Below, in pieces: positions 11,676-26,783 of a DNA stretch of 64,000 bases. A program made the position numbers and the translations under genes. The stretch comes from Octopus vulgaris (taxonomy: Eukaryota), in NCBI GenBank assembly GCA_951406725.2, contig OX597840.1, positions 28,334,001 to 28,398,000 on the forward strand, written 5' to 3'. Within the stretch, counting starts at the first letter, position 1; each line of letters begins with the position of its first letter. Below the pieces are notes generated by a model, which did not search any database, was not told the DNA's origin, and worked only from the letters and a program-made list of their open reading frames with translations.

Positions 11676-14035
11676 TCTTCATCTCCTAATATAAAATTGC
11701 ACCCCTTTCCACCCCCTTCTCTGCCTCAGGTTTCTTAGTTTTACTATCCTGCCACTCTATCCGTCCAACTACTCCCTTCTGCTTTCCTCTATCCTACTTG
11801 TTGTAGAAGGGTCCTGACCACCCCCACATGACCAAAAGTGGACTGACACATTTCCATAAAATAAAGAGACTGTATGAACTGTCGGCAGCTGACAGCAGTA
11901 CAGTCGACAGTCAGTAGTTGACTGCAGTACAATTGACAATCAGTAGTTGACTGCAGTACAATTGACAATCAGTAGTTGACTGCAGTACAATTGACAATCA
12001 GTAGTTGACTGCAGTACAGTTGACAGTCAGTGGTTGACTGCAGTACAGTTGACAGCAGTACATTCGACAGTCAGTGGCTGACAGCAGTACATTCGACAGT
12101 CAGCGGTTGACAGCAGTACAGTCGACAGTCAGCTGTTGACAGCAGTACAGTTGACAATCATCAGTTGACAGCAGTACAGTTGACTGCAGTACAGTTGACA
12201 GCAGTACAGTCAACAGTCAGTAGTTGACAATCAGCAGTTGACTGTAGTACAGTCGACAGTCAGTAGTTGACAGCAGTACAGTCGACAGTCAGTAGTTGAC
12301 TGCAGTACAGTTGACAGTCAGCTGTTGACAGCAGTACAGTTGACAATCAGCAGTTGACAGCAGTACAGTTGACTGCAGTACAGTTGACTGCAGTACAGTT
12401 GACAGCAGTACAGTCAACAGTCAGTAGTTGACAATCAGCAGTTGACTGTAGTACAGTCGACAGTCAGTAGTTGACAGCAGTACAGTCGACAGTCAGTAGT
12501 TGACTGCAGTACAGTTGACAGTCAGCTGTTGACAGCAGTACAGTTGACAATCATCAGTTGACAGCAGTACAGTTGACTGCAGTACAGTTGACAGCAGTAC
12601 AGTCAACAGTCAGTAGTTGACAATCAGCAGTTGACTGTAGTACAGTCGACAGTCAGTAGTTGACAGCAGTACAGTCGACAGTCAGTAGTTGACTGCAGTA
12701 CAGTTGACAGTCAGCTGTTGACAGCAGTACAGTTGACAATCAGCAGTTGACAGCAGTACAGTTGACTGCAGTACAGTTGACAGCAGTACAGTCAACAGTC
12801 AGTAGTTGACAATCAGCAGTTGACTGTAGTACAGTCGACAGTCAGTAGTTGACAGCAGTACAGTCGACAGTCAGTAGTTGACTGCAGTACAGTTGACAGT
12901 CAGCTGTTGACAGCAGTACAGTTGACAATCAGCAGTTGACAGCAGTACAGTTGACTGCAGTACAGTTGACAGCAGTACAGTCAACAGTCAGTAGTTGACA
13001 ATCAGCAGTTGACTGTAGTACAGTCGACAGTCAGTAGTTGACAGCAGTACAGTCGACAGTCAGTAGTTGACTGCAGTACAGTTGACAGTCAGCTGTTGAC
13101 AGCAGTACAGTTGACAATCAGCAGTTGACAGCAGTACAGTTGACTGCAGTACAGTTGACAGCAGTACAGTCAACAGTCAGTAGTTGACAATCAGCAGTTG
13201 ACTGTAGTACAGTCGACAGTCAGTAGTTGACAGCAGTACAGTCGACAGTCAGTAGTTGACTGCAGTACAGTCGACAGCCAGCTGTTGACAGCAGTACAGT
13301 TGACAATCAGCAGTTGACAGCAGTACAGTTGACTGCAGTACAGTTGACAGCAGTACAGTCAACAGTCAGTAGTTGACAATCAGCAGTTGACTGTAGTACA
13401 GTCGACAGTCAGTAGTTGACAGCAGTACAGTCGACAGTCAGTAGTTGACTGCAGTACAGTTGACAGTCAGCTGTTGACAGCAGTACAGTTGACAATCATC
13501 AGTTGACTGCAGTAGAGTTTTAACTTCACCTTCTTATTGTATCTTTTGCATTATGTACACACACACACAACTGTCCATATATAATGACAAGATAAGTAAC
13601 ATGCTTCCACATACTTACCAAGTCCACAAAAAGCTGTGTATATTGTCGGTTTGATACATAAGCCTTAAGCTTCTCTTCCAGACCAGGAGGTTGGCCTGCT
13701 CTGTCTGGACGTAACTGAAACAGAAACAAGATATACATGTGAGTACATATGTATGTATGTATGTTTGTATGTATGTTCAGACAATAAATATGTGTATTAT
13801 ACACACATATATATGTAGATAAATAGAAACGGATAGACAGACACATAGATAGATAGATTGATAGATAGATAGATAGACAGATAGATAGGCTGACAGACAG
13901 ACAGACAGACAGACAGACTGACAGACAGATAGACAGACGGATAGATAGATAGATAGATAGACGGATGGATGGATGGATAGACGGACGGACGCACGCACGG
14001 ACGGACACACGCACGGACGGACGGACACACGCACG

Positions 14036-14077
<42 letters not shown>

Positions 14078-14098
14078 TAGATAGATAGATAGGCTGAC

Positions 14099-14149
<51 letters not shown>

Positions 14150-14317
14150 TAGATAGATAGACAGATAGATAGACAGATAGATAAATAGATAGACAGACAG
14201 ACAGATAGCTAGACAGACAGACAAACAGACAGACAGATAGACAGACAGACAGACAATTTGTGAAAACTAACAAACATACCAAGGTAAATACATGTACATG
14301 TACGAAATTAAGCAGGC

Positions 14318-14360
<43 letters not shown>

Positions 14361-16490
14361 CATATATATATATGTATATATACAGCCACGCAGTCACCAC
14401 CTACCTCGGTGTATTCTATTAAAGTGACGTCATACAACTCATTCTGCGCGTCTGTACTCTCAAACAATTCCTCCTGCAACATCAGAACGTTGAGTTCTTG
14501 CCTGGGAACAAGAAACACATGAGACTTCTTTTAGTCATGGCAAACAAGGGATCAGACTACAACAGGGATTCCCAACCTGGGGTCCGTGGACTCTGGTGGT
14601 CCACAAAGGTAGTGCTGAGGGTCCGCAGTGAACTAAATTCAAAATTTCATATATATACATATATATATATATACATAAAGTTAGTCTTAGTTTTCTATTA
14701 TAATTCTATGGACATCTAAGACGAAGACTAACTTTAACGAGTTTCTTGGCAATTAATTAATTCCTGGAAGGAAACAGTATGTAGCTTCAGTGACAACAAA
14801 ATTGACATTTAAGAAATTAGAGCCTCGAATTTCAGGCCGTTTATCTTACCGAGTAATGATTCCACAGAATGAAGAATCCACGTTACCCTTGGTCCTGACA
14901 ATTGGAAAGCCTCCATGCTGAGTCTCACGGAGAAGTCTAGCAAGGACATCGACCGATTCTCGTTCTTTTACAATAATTACGGGTTGAGACATGACATCGG
15001 AAACTTTGAAAAGATCGAGGTTAATTCTGAAATTTGAAGAAAAATGGAATTTAATTACGGTCTAAGGTTAAAGACACCCTACGGTCATGAATGACCATGG
15101 GATTGCACCTAGAAAGTTACCCTCCGAGGCACAAGTCCAGGCAAGGTTGTTTTAAAGGAAGACCAGCAGTCGCCCTGGGTTGAAGATCCGTGGAATAAGC
15201 TGCCGGATGAGATAGTGAAGATGCCGACGACCGCTCAGTTCAAAGTCTCTCTTGACCAGAAATGGCCTGAACTCTTTGCATGAAGACCCTCCCTGTACAT
15301 AACTCCCTGTCCCCCTACATGGCCTTGCTTTTTGCTTTTTGACCCCAAAAATTAACTTACCTTAACTTAACTTATACCAGCCTCCCCTCTCCATACCGCT
15401 GGTGTGATCTGAGGGAAAGGCAAAGGGGCCGATACAGCCTGGCACCAGTGACGTCACAACTCATTTCTACAGCTGAGAGAACTGGAGCAACGTGAAATAA
15501 AGTGTCTTGCTCAAGAACACAACACAGCCAGGTTCATCATCATTTAACGTCTGCTTTCCATGCTAGCATGGGTTGGACGATTTTGACTGAGGGCTGGCGA
15601 ACCAGATGGCTGCACCAGGCTCCAATCTTGATCTGGCAGGGTTTCTACAGCTGGATGCCCTTCCTAATAACAACCACTCAGAGAGTGTAGTGGGTGCTTT
15701 TTAAGTACCACCGGCACTGGGCCAGTCAGATTGTAATACAAAATTTTTTAAAAAAGCATTAAAAAATAGATTTTAAAAAAAGAGTAAAATGCCTGTTGCT
15801 ACTTACAGTTTTTTATCGATGACGACTTGTGGTTCCGGTGGCAAGAATGGGATACACTTCAACTCTAGTAACGAATGGTAATGAGGATGGGTGAAGAAAT
15901 CACCGATCCACTTTGCGACCATAATAGCTACCATGATTGGTAACAGAAACTGGACGTCATTTGTCAGTTCAATCTGGATGGGCATGGAAGGAAATATTTG
16001 AATCAGTAAAAATCAATTTGGATGGTCACAAAAGGAAATATTCGAATCAGTAAAATACGAGGGATTGCTGGAAAGTTCCTGTATATAATTTCGTTTTTGG
16101 ATTTGGTTTGCAAGATTCTTTATATGAGTTTGTGTGTTGAAGCATATTTTGTTGTGTCTGGGGAGAGTCGTTCTCTTTTTGTGCCTTATAATGTAACACA
16201 CTCACCGGTAAAATTTCCACTTAGTTATTATTTTTATCTTCCTAAAATTTTGTTGCGTCTTGCAACCTTTTCAATAGTCTTGACTCTCCTGTATTTAAGG
16301 GTATTGCAAAAGGCCTGATTGGAGGCCCAACCTTCCAAGTCCTTTTACAGGGCTTAGAAAAATTGAAGGACCGCTGCAGTAAGTGTGTGAATCTGGGAAG
16401 GGAATATCTTGAATAAAATCATAATTAACTGATCCACCTGTATTTTCTTTTATCCAAAGCCAGGAACTTTATAGCACCTCCTTGTGAATG

Positions 16491-16545
<55 letters not shown>

Positions 16546-16934
16546 TTTACTCTTTTACTTGTTTCAGTCATTTGACTGTGGCCATGCTGGAGCACCGCCT
16601 TTAATCGAACAACTCAACCCCGGGACTTATTCTTTTGTAAGCCCAGTACTTATTCTATCGGTCTCATTTGCTGAACCGCTAAGTAACGGGGACATAAACA
16701 CACCAGCATCGGTTGTCAAGCAATGCTAGGGGGACAAACACAAACACACATATATATATACATACATATATACGATGGGCTTCTTTCAGTTTCCGTCTAC
16801 CAAATCCACTCACAAGGCTTTGGTCAGCCTGAGGCTATAGTAGAAGACACTTGCCCAAGGTGCTACACAGTGGGACTGAACCCGGAACTATGTAGTTGGT
16901 AAACAAGCTACTTACCACACAGCCACTCCTGCAC

Positions 16935-16967
<33 letters not shown>

Positions 16968-17551
16968 GGGGAGAGAGAATAGGGTACTGAAATGGTCCTG
17001 TATTTAAAAGTATTGCGAAAGGTCTGGCTGGAGGCCCAACGTTCCAAGTTCTTTCACAAGGCTTAGGAAAACTTTTCAGCACCCCTCGTAATGTATGGTG
17101 GTTGGTGTTGGTGGTGTGTGTGTGTATGTATGTATATATGGTATGTGGAGGACACCACACACCATTTGACCTGAGAATTGAACCCACAATTCTTATGGTT
17201 GTGTCCTTGGCACCCTAACCACTAGTCTACAAACATTACAAATACCAGAAACCAATGGAAAGTACAATAAAAAAAAAAAACGATGCTGACTGGTGCCTTA
17301 CCATGATAACTGTGACAGCCTTTGTGAGACGCGTTACGCCACCAAAGAAGGAAGCGGCCCCAATGAGGGCGAAAGCGCCAGGGTCCATCCAATTCCAGTA
17401 TCCTTCGTCTGTTGACTTGGAGCTGACCAGGATGGAGATTAACACACGGCCAATCGTACGGCCATACAATCCACCAATGAAACTGAAACAGAAAAGGCAG
17501 TAGTAGTAGTAGTAGTGGTGGTGGTGGTGGTGGTGATGGTGGTTGTGGTGC

Positions 17552-17582
<31 letters not shown>

Positions 17583-18497
17583 GATGGTGGTGGTGGTGGT
17601 GGTGGTGGTGGTGGTGGTGGGTGGAGTAGTAGTAATAGTAATGGTGGAGGTAGTAGTAGTGGTGGTGGTGGTGGTGGTGGTGGTAGTGGTGGTGGTGGTG
17701 GTGGCAAGTGGTAGTGGTGGTAGTGGCAAGTGGTGGTGGTGGTGGTAGTGGTGGTGGTAGTGGTGGTGGTGGTGGTGGGAGTAGTGGTGGTGGTGGTGGT
17801 AGTAGCAGCAGCAGCAGTAGTGGTGGGGGGTAGTGATGGTGGTGGCAAGTGGTGGTGGTGGTGGTAGTGGTGGTGGTGGTGGTAGTGGTGGTGGTAGTGG
17901 TAGTGGTGGTGGTGGTGGTGGTGGTGGTGGTGGTGGTGGTAGTGGTGGTGGTGGTGGTGGTGGTGGTGGTGGTGGTGGTGGTGGTGGTGGTCGATGAGAG
18001 TGGGAGAAATTGGTGGGAATGAGAGAAATTGACATGAGTGGGGAAAACTGAAATGAGTAAGAGAGATTTATGTGAGTGAGGGAGTTTGATGTGAATAAGA
18101 AAGACTGACATGAGTGAAGAGATTGGCTGCTATTTCTAGGATACTATTCTCAGCAGATGGATAAGTTAGTGTTAATATTTAACAAAAGAAATATCAAATA
18201 AATTAAGTGCAACTAAATGTGAGATACGACGGAAAAATTGACAGAGGGAGAAGTCAGGTTTAAATATTTGACAGGTCAAACTATTAAACAAAGAATTGGA
18301 TTAAATATTCAGATAACTGAGATGGAATTAGATTTTTAGGAGTGGCTGTGTGGTAAGTAACTTGCTAACCAACCACATTGTTCCGGGTTCAGTCCCACTG
18401 CGTGGCATCTTGGGCAAGTGTCTTCTGCTATAGCCCCGGGCCGACCAATGCCTTGTGAGTGGATTTGGTAGACGGAAACTGAAAGAAGCCTGTCGTA

Positions 18498-18539
<42 letters not shown>

Positions 18540-21295
18540 CGTAGGAGTGGCTGTGTGGTAAGTAACTTGCTAACCAACCACATTGTTCCGGGTTCAGTCC
18601 CACTGCGTGGCATCTTGGGCAAGTGTCTTCTGCTATAGCCCCGGGCCGACCAATGCCTTGTGAGTGGATTTGGTAGACGGAAATTGAAAGAAGCCTGTCG
18701 TATATATGTACATATATATATATGTATGTATGCGTGTGTGTGTTTGTGTGTCTGTGTTTGTCCCCCTAGCATTGCTTGACAACCGATGCTGGTGTGTTTA
18801 CGTCCCCGTCACTTAGCGGTTCGGCTAAAGGGACCGATAGAATAAGTACTGGGCTTACAAAGAATAAGTCCCGGGGTCGATTTGCTCGAGTAAAGGCGGT
18901 GCTCCAGCATGGCTGCAGTCAAATGACTGAAACAAGTAAAGAGTAAAGAGAGAGGGAGAAGTCAGGTTTAAATATTTGACAGGTCAAACTATTAAACAAT
19001 GAATTGTATTAAATATTCAGATAACTGAGATGGAATTAGATATTTTTCAACAGAATTAGCATAATGGTAAACTTACAGCATTGGCACTAGGATTCCGGCA
19101 GACACAGCTGTTCCAGATGCCCAGCATACCATCAAGAAATAAAATGGTAAGACAGAACAGAGGGAGACGTAACCAAACTCGAATGGCGTTTCTCGAGAGA
19201 ACAAATGTTTGACAGCATCTTCTCCAGTCCAGAACAAAAGGGTTGCAACTGGAGAGGGTAAAAGAGTAAAAGAGACAAAAAAGAAAAAGATGGAAAATGG
19301 TAAACAATAATGTCTCAGTCTGCTGAGATGATTTGAAAATACAAAAACACAACATCTGACGGAATAAACTGTCGGTTTTCCAAATAGCAAATGAAAACTT
19401 AAAAAAAGAGCAAGTGAGAGACTTTGCAAATGAGAATCGAATACTCTGCAGTGAATGCAATGAATATTTAAATTTGTGAAAAATTGGAGTAAAAAAGAAT
19501 CAAGAAAATTTGAGAAATTAAAATTATAAAAAATTTCTTTGAACATCATCATCATTTAGTGTCCGTTTTCCATGCTAGCATGGGTTAGACGGTGCAACTG
19601 GGGTCTGGGAAGCCAGAAGGCTGCATCAGGCCCAGTCTGATCTGGCAGTGTTTCTACGGCTGGATGCCCTTCCTAACGACAACCACTCCACGGGTGTAGT
19701 GGGTGCTTTTTACGTACCACCCGCACAGGTGCCAGACGGAGCTGGCAAACGGCCACGAACGGATGGTGCTTTTTACGTGCCACCGGCACGGGGGCCAGGC
19801 GAGGCTGGCAACGGACACGAACGGATGATGCTTTTACGTGCCACCGGCATGGAGGCCAGTCGGGGTGGCACTGGCAACGGCCACGAACAGATGGTGCTTT
19901 TTACGTGCCACCGGCACGGGGGCCAGGCGAGGCTGGCAACGGACACGAACGGATGATGCTTTTACGTGCCACCGGCACGGAGGCCAGTCGGGGTGGCACT
20001 GGCAACGGCCACGAACAGATGGTGCTTTTTACGTGCCACCGGCACAGGGCCAGGCAAGGCTGGCAACATGAATTTATAAAAATATTTTTCCTGTTTTTTC
20101 ACTTAATTTTTGAGAGCAATCGGGTTTCATTTTTAGTCTTCTCATTTGTGAGAGCAATCGAGTTTATTTCATATATTCTCATTTTAAAAATCATCTCTGG
20201 CTAATCGTTGAGAGGACGTTGGTGCTACCTTGGCAGAGGCTTGCACTCTGTGAGTGCTCTTATTATTATTATTATTATTAATGAAGAGGAGGAAGAAGAA
20301 GATGCAAGGAAGAGTGGGACGAAGAGGAAAAGAGGAGGAGGTGGCAGAGTTGGATTTAAAAGGAAAAACAAAAACAAAAAAAAAACATACATGCTGACCT
20401 TCGTTATATGTCTCGTTGGTGTAGTAGGTCGTGTTTGAGACACTCCATGACGAACCACGAGGACAATGGTACCGAGCTACAGATGCCTCAACGTGGGTGT
20501 CAGTTCTGGAATCATTCTTGCAGCTGTATCTGAAGAAAAATAAAAATAAAAATATTAGCAAGGTGTGGGGAGGTGGGGTTAGGGGGGAAGAGGCGGGGGA
20601 GGTCAACACAGGTAGACAACTGATAGACACACAGACAGATACAAATAAGATAGTCCCCTGTACAGTCAGATCACACACACATAGGCGCAGGAGTGTCTGT
20701 GTTTGTCCCCCTAGCATTGCTTGACAACCGATGCTGGTGTGTTTACGTCCCCGTCACTTAGTGGTTCGGCAAAAGAAACCGATAGAATAAGTACTGGGCT
20801 TACAAAGAATAAGTCCCGGGGTCGATTTGCTCGACTAAAGGCGGTGCTCCAGCATGGCCGCAGTCAAATGACTGAAACAAGTAAAAGAGTAAAAGAGTAA
20901 AGAGTAAAACAGAGAGTACATGCACAAAGGCTGATAGTCTCATAGACATACACAAACACACACACACACACAGAGGTTGCTGGACTCATACACAAACATA
21001 GTGATAGAAATACACACACATTCACATACACACAAACGCATACATAAATTTCTAAACTCACAGACACTGAAACACACCAACATAAGTTCACTGCCACCAA
21101 TTCACCACGAAGAAAAGCTTACCGAGAAAATATATCCATGATTTTGTGTCTGGGGAGGGTCGTATTGCTTTAATATGTTTAACACACACATTGATTCAAT
21201 TTCCACTCATTTAACTATTTTGTTGGTCTTACATTGTTTTTGCAACCTTATCAATGGCTATCAACCCTGTCTGTTTATATATATATGTATGTATG

Positions 21296-21348
<53 letters not shown>

Positions 21349-24102
21349 TCATCATCATCATTTAACATCCGCTTTCCATGCTAGCATGGGTTGGACGGTT
21401 CAACTGGGGTCTGTGAAGCCAGAAGGCTGCTTCAGGCCCAGTCTGATCTGGCAGTGTGTCTACGGCTGGATGCCCTTAGCATGGGTTGGACGGTTCGATC
21501 GGGGTCTGGTAAGCCATGAAGCCTGTACCAGGCTCCAGTCTGATCTGGCAGCGTTTCTACAGCTGGATGCCCTTCCTAACGCCAACCACTTCATGAGTGT
21601 AGTGGGTGTTTTTTACGTGCCACCGGCACAGGAGCCAGCACAGGCTGGCAAACGGCCACGATCGGATGGTGCTTTTTACGTGTCACCGACACGGACACCA
21701 ATCAGGAGACACTAGTAACTGATACGCTCGAACAGTGCTTTTACATGTCACCAGCACTGGTGTCTTAACTACAATTACCATTCGAATTTTTGATGTTGAC
21801 AAACTTGACTCAACAGGTCTCCTCAAGAACAGCGGATCACTCTACGATCCAAGGTTAGCACAGCAGGCTGTCCTGCGAGGCAGGAACTCACTTCATTTGT
21901 CGGGTCTTCGAAGTCACAACATATCTCCAGAGGTCTTGGATGGAGAGATGATGATGATGATGATAGTGGTTTTAAAAGGTGACAAAAGAAAATTTGTTTC
22001 AGGTGAGAGGATGCAATTTGAATGGCAGAAAGACTTACCTGATGTTGCTCGGCTGACCTTCTGCACAGGTGAATTGGCTGCAGGAAAAGAGGGCAGGTGC
22101 AAATAGGCAGACGGTTGTCATCACTAACTGAAACAGAAATAGCAGCATGTTAAATTGTGATGATGATGATGATGTTGTGTGTGTGTATGTGTGTGTGTGA
22201 GAGAACCATTATCATTGCCTTTTAATGTCCATTACCCATGCTGGCATGGATTGGACAGTTTGACACAGAGATGGATAGCAGGAAGCTGTCCAGATTCCGG
22301 TTCTCTGTATTGCCATGGTTTCTACAGATGGAAGCCCTTTCTAATGCCAACCACTTTACAGAGTGTTCTGGTTGCTTTTTACATGCCACCGGCACAGGTG
22401 CTTTTTAAGTGGTACTGGCCCCTGTAAAGGACAAGCCTGTATGTACGGATGACAGGGATTTTAATTAGCTTGACAGGTCTTCTCAAGTATAGCAAATCAC
22501 CACAGCTCCAGACCCCCTTGTCATTTCCTCAGTGAGGCCCAGCATCCAAAAATCCTTTCTCACCACTTCGTCACACATATTCGTGAGGATATATATATGT
22601 GTGTATGTGTATATATATATATATATATCAAAATCAAATTTGATGACTGGCATCCGTGCTAGCGGGGTGCAAAGAGCACCATACGAGTGTGATCGTTGGC
22701 AGAGAGGCTAACTGGCTACCATGCCAGTGGCACATAAAAGGCACCATTCGAATGTGATCGTTACCAGCGTCGCCTTACTGGCACTTGTGCCCCGTGCTAG
22801 TGGGGTGCCAAGAGCACCATTCGAGTGTGATTGTTACCAGCATCACTTGACTGGCACCTGTGCCGGTGGCACGTGTAAAAAGATTCAAGTGAGATCATTG
22901 CCAGTATCGCCTGACTGGCCCTCGTGCTGGTGGCATGCAAAAGCACCCACTACACTCTCGGAGTGGTTGGCATTAGGAAGGACATCCAGCTGTAGAAACT
23001 CTGCCAGATCAGACTGGAGTCTGGTGCAGCCATCTGGTTCAACAGTCTTCAGTCATAATCATCCAACCCATGCTAGCATGGAAAGCGGACGTTAAACGAT
23101 GATGATGATGATATATACTGAGTGCAGATGGTATTTGAGGGCACGTGCATTTTTAGTCATTATTTTATTTAACTAATTTTTATTGAACTTCTATTTCAGA
23201 AAATAACAACGACAGGCCCTATGCTTACTAATGAGATGAAAAGGCTTTGAAGGCTAAGTATGGGGATTTAGAAATTTCTTGTTTTCTGAAAGTTGCAAGA
23301 TCTTTTGTCCACAAGATTTGGTGTGATTTAGTAGCAGAGTTAGGTAAAAAAACACACACACACACACAAAATACTAAGATTGATTTGTTTGACAAAAATC
23401 CTTCAAGGTGATGCCCCAGCATGGCCACAGTCCAATGATTGAAACAAGTAAAAGATAGAAAAACCAAAGAATAAATAAAGATACTCACCATCAGAAATGC
23501 TGGTTCGAGGACTTTCACAATTTTGGCCGTGAACTTTTTCATGTGTCCCAGGACCCTCTTCCGGGTCCGAGTGAGTTTGAGGGAGATGAATGTGAACAGT
23601 GCCCCCAACATGCCCCCAATCACTCCGATCACCAGGGTTGGTAAGAACATCAGGATGTTCACGTTTATGCCGTATGCAATCTGAGAGGCGACGGGAAGCA
23701 GGGGGCAGAGACGAAGAATCGGAAAAAGAAGAGAAATGGAAGAAGAAAAAAAAAGATTAATGTAATGGGTGCAGGCGTGGCTGTGTGGTAAGTAGCTTGC
23801 TTCCCAACCACTTGGTTCCAGGTTCAGTCCCACTGTGTGGCACCTTAGGCAAGTGTCTTCTACTAGAGCTCTGGGATGACCAAAGCCTTGTGAGTGGATT
23901 TGGTAGACGGAAACTGAAAAGAAGCCCATTGTATATGTGTGTGTGTGTTTATACAGCTGTGAGGTAAGAAGCTTGCTTTGCAATCACATAGTTCCAATGC
24001 ATGACGCCTTGGGCAGGTGTCTTCTACTATAGCCTCAGGCCAATCAAAGCCTTATGAGTGCATCTGGTAGATGGAAACTGAAAGAAGCCTGTTATATATA
24101 TC

Positions 24103-24143
<41 letters not shown>

Positions 24144-24538
24144 AGAGTTGTGAGCTAAGAAGCTTGCTTAGCAATCACATAGTTCCGAGTTCAGTTCCAC
24201 TGCATGATGCCTTGGGCAAGTGTCTTCTACTATAGCCTCAGGCTGACCAAAGCCTTGTGAGTGGATTTGGTAGATGGAAACTGAAAGAAGCTTGTCATAT
24301 ATATATATATATACACAAAAATTCTATAATTATAAGCATAATTATAATTAAGGTTCAGCAAAAATTGCTTCACCACATACCAAAATTTTTGCTGAACCCT
24401 AATTATAATTATGCTTATAATTATAGAATTTTTGTATAAGGTTACCGATAATGGTTCTTGTAACATACCAAACTACTTGGTAAAATTATTAATTATTAAT
24501 TGATTAATTAATTTTACCCTTTATCATTATTATTATTA

Positions 24539-24582
<44 letters not shown>

Positions 24583-26691
24583 GTATTAAGGTTACCATTT
24601 GCTTTATATCAAGAAAAATATCTTAATATCCTTATTTTTCAAGTCAATCACATGGAGGAATAGTGGTCATCTCCATGGTAGCCTTAATACACAAATAAAA
24701 AAAAAATCTATCCACCAATGTGGTATTGAGCACTCATTCTCATTGTTCAACATTTACATGTGTGTGTCTGTGTGTGTATCAAAATATAAGATATTTTTAT
24801 TATTTTTTTAAAATTTCATCTAGTTTCAGCTCACGAGCTGTGGCCATGCTAGGGCACCGCCATTAATAACAATAAATTAATAACATATAATTACATTAAT
24901 AACATATAATAACAATAAATTAATTTATTATGATGAAATTGAAATAATAACAAACATTTATGCTACCCAGTGTAGACTCAAACAATTAGAGACATCTCAA
25001 ATGGTTACCAGCAAAAAAATCTACATCTACGAGCTATATTTTTTCTATGTCTACAGCAACAACGTGGATCAGACAACAAACCATATATTTTACAGTTTCG
25101 TTTAGACATCAATGAAAAAGATAGCATGCAAATAAGAGACAGAGTGGTTGGTCACTAAGTTTCTGGTCATTAAATGTCAGCTAAGGTGCCATAAGCAGAT
25201 TTGTGCAGAACATGATGTATATATACAAGCTTAAAAGCTGCACTTTGTGAGTTATTTAAGCAAGCTCCTGCAGAGGGCTGATTGGGCCTCTAGCCCAAAA
25301 GTACAGAGAGCAATAATAATAGAAGCATTTGTTGGTACTCTGCTAATATGGTGTTACATTAAATTCAGTAACTTTTAGATTTACAATGTTCTTGAGTTCT
25401 TTTAAAATTCTGAATTTCAACTGTTAGGATGTAACAATTCCTCATCCAGATCTGATCCCAATGCTGGATGTTCAAGATCGAAATGAAGGGCAGATTTTTA
25501 ATCTGGGATCATTCTGATTCCAAATGGGTATAATATGTCTATGTAGAGCAAATGTAATTTGAGAGAGAGGGGTTCCGGACAGACAGAATTTCACATTTTT
25601 ATTATTATATATACATAGATATATGTGTGTGTGTGTATGTATATATATATATACATATATATATAATTTGATGACAGGCATCCAAGCTAGTGGAGCGCTA
25701 AGAGCACCATCCAAGTGTGATTGTTGCCAGAGCAGCAAACTGGTTTCTGTGCCAGTGGCACGTAAAAAGCACCATTCGAGTATGATCATTACCAGCATCA
25801 CCTTACTGGCACTTGTGCCGGTGTTATGTGAAAAACATTCAAGCGGGGTTGTTGCCAGTGCCACAGGACTGGCTCCTGTGCAGGTGGCACGTAAAAAACA
25901 CCACTTGCGCATGGCCGTTGCCAGTACCGCCTGTGCCAGTGGCACATAAAAGCACCCAGTACACGCTCGGGGTGGTTGGCATTAGGAAGGGCATCCAGCT
26001 GTAGAAACTCTGCCAGATCAGATTGGAGCCTGGTGCAGCCATCTGGTTTACCAGTCCTCAGTCAAATCGTCCAACCCACGCTAGCATGGAAAGCGGACGT
26101 TAAACGATGATGATATATATATATGCATATGCAAAACCCCTCTGACATCAATAGCAATGGAACAGCCTCCTGCATACATCTGTAAGCTTCAATGCATCTC
26201 TGTTGGGTCATAGAAATAGCAGAAAGCAGAAATGCTGATGCGAAACGAAAGCCACCAAGACAGAAAGCTGTAACTCACACTGAAGAGAATGTACCTTTCC
26301 TTCTTAAAGTACCCAAAATCTCCAGTATAGGTGAACCGGGTGAGCGCCGAGTTGAAGAGGTCCGTGGTGAACGTGGACACCATGCAACAGAAAAAGATCT
26401 GCCAAGACAGCGTCGTCGTCCAGAATGATGACACTTCTTCCATGGAAAAGAGCAGGCCACCGACTGGAGCGCCGAATGCGGAAGCAACTCCAGCCGCGGC
26501 ACCAGCAGATATGAAGTTCCTCCTGGAAAGAGAGAAAGAGAGATTAGTGAAGGTCAATATTGATATATTGTTAAGAGTTCTACAATGAAGAAAATTGCAG
26601 AAATATAATTGAGAAGATGACATACATCAATAAACATATAAATACATGAGTTTTAGTAACATATATATATATGCGTATATATATATGTATG

Positions 26692-26783
<92 letters not shown>

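Noticed and set aside
11885-13512. Possible repeat-protein exon or CRISPR-like array (189 nt = 63 codons)
   Set aside because: Stops in all three sense-strand (minus) frames, no ORF in the track, no unique spacers, eukaryotic intron
17222-18111. Poly-Thr/Pro/His ORFs fused to CLC sequence
   Set aside because: Intronic (GGT)n tract upstream of the real acceptor at 17483
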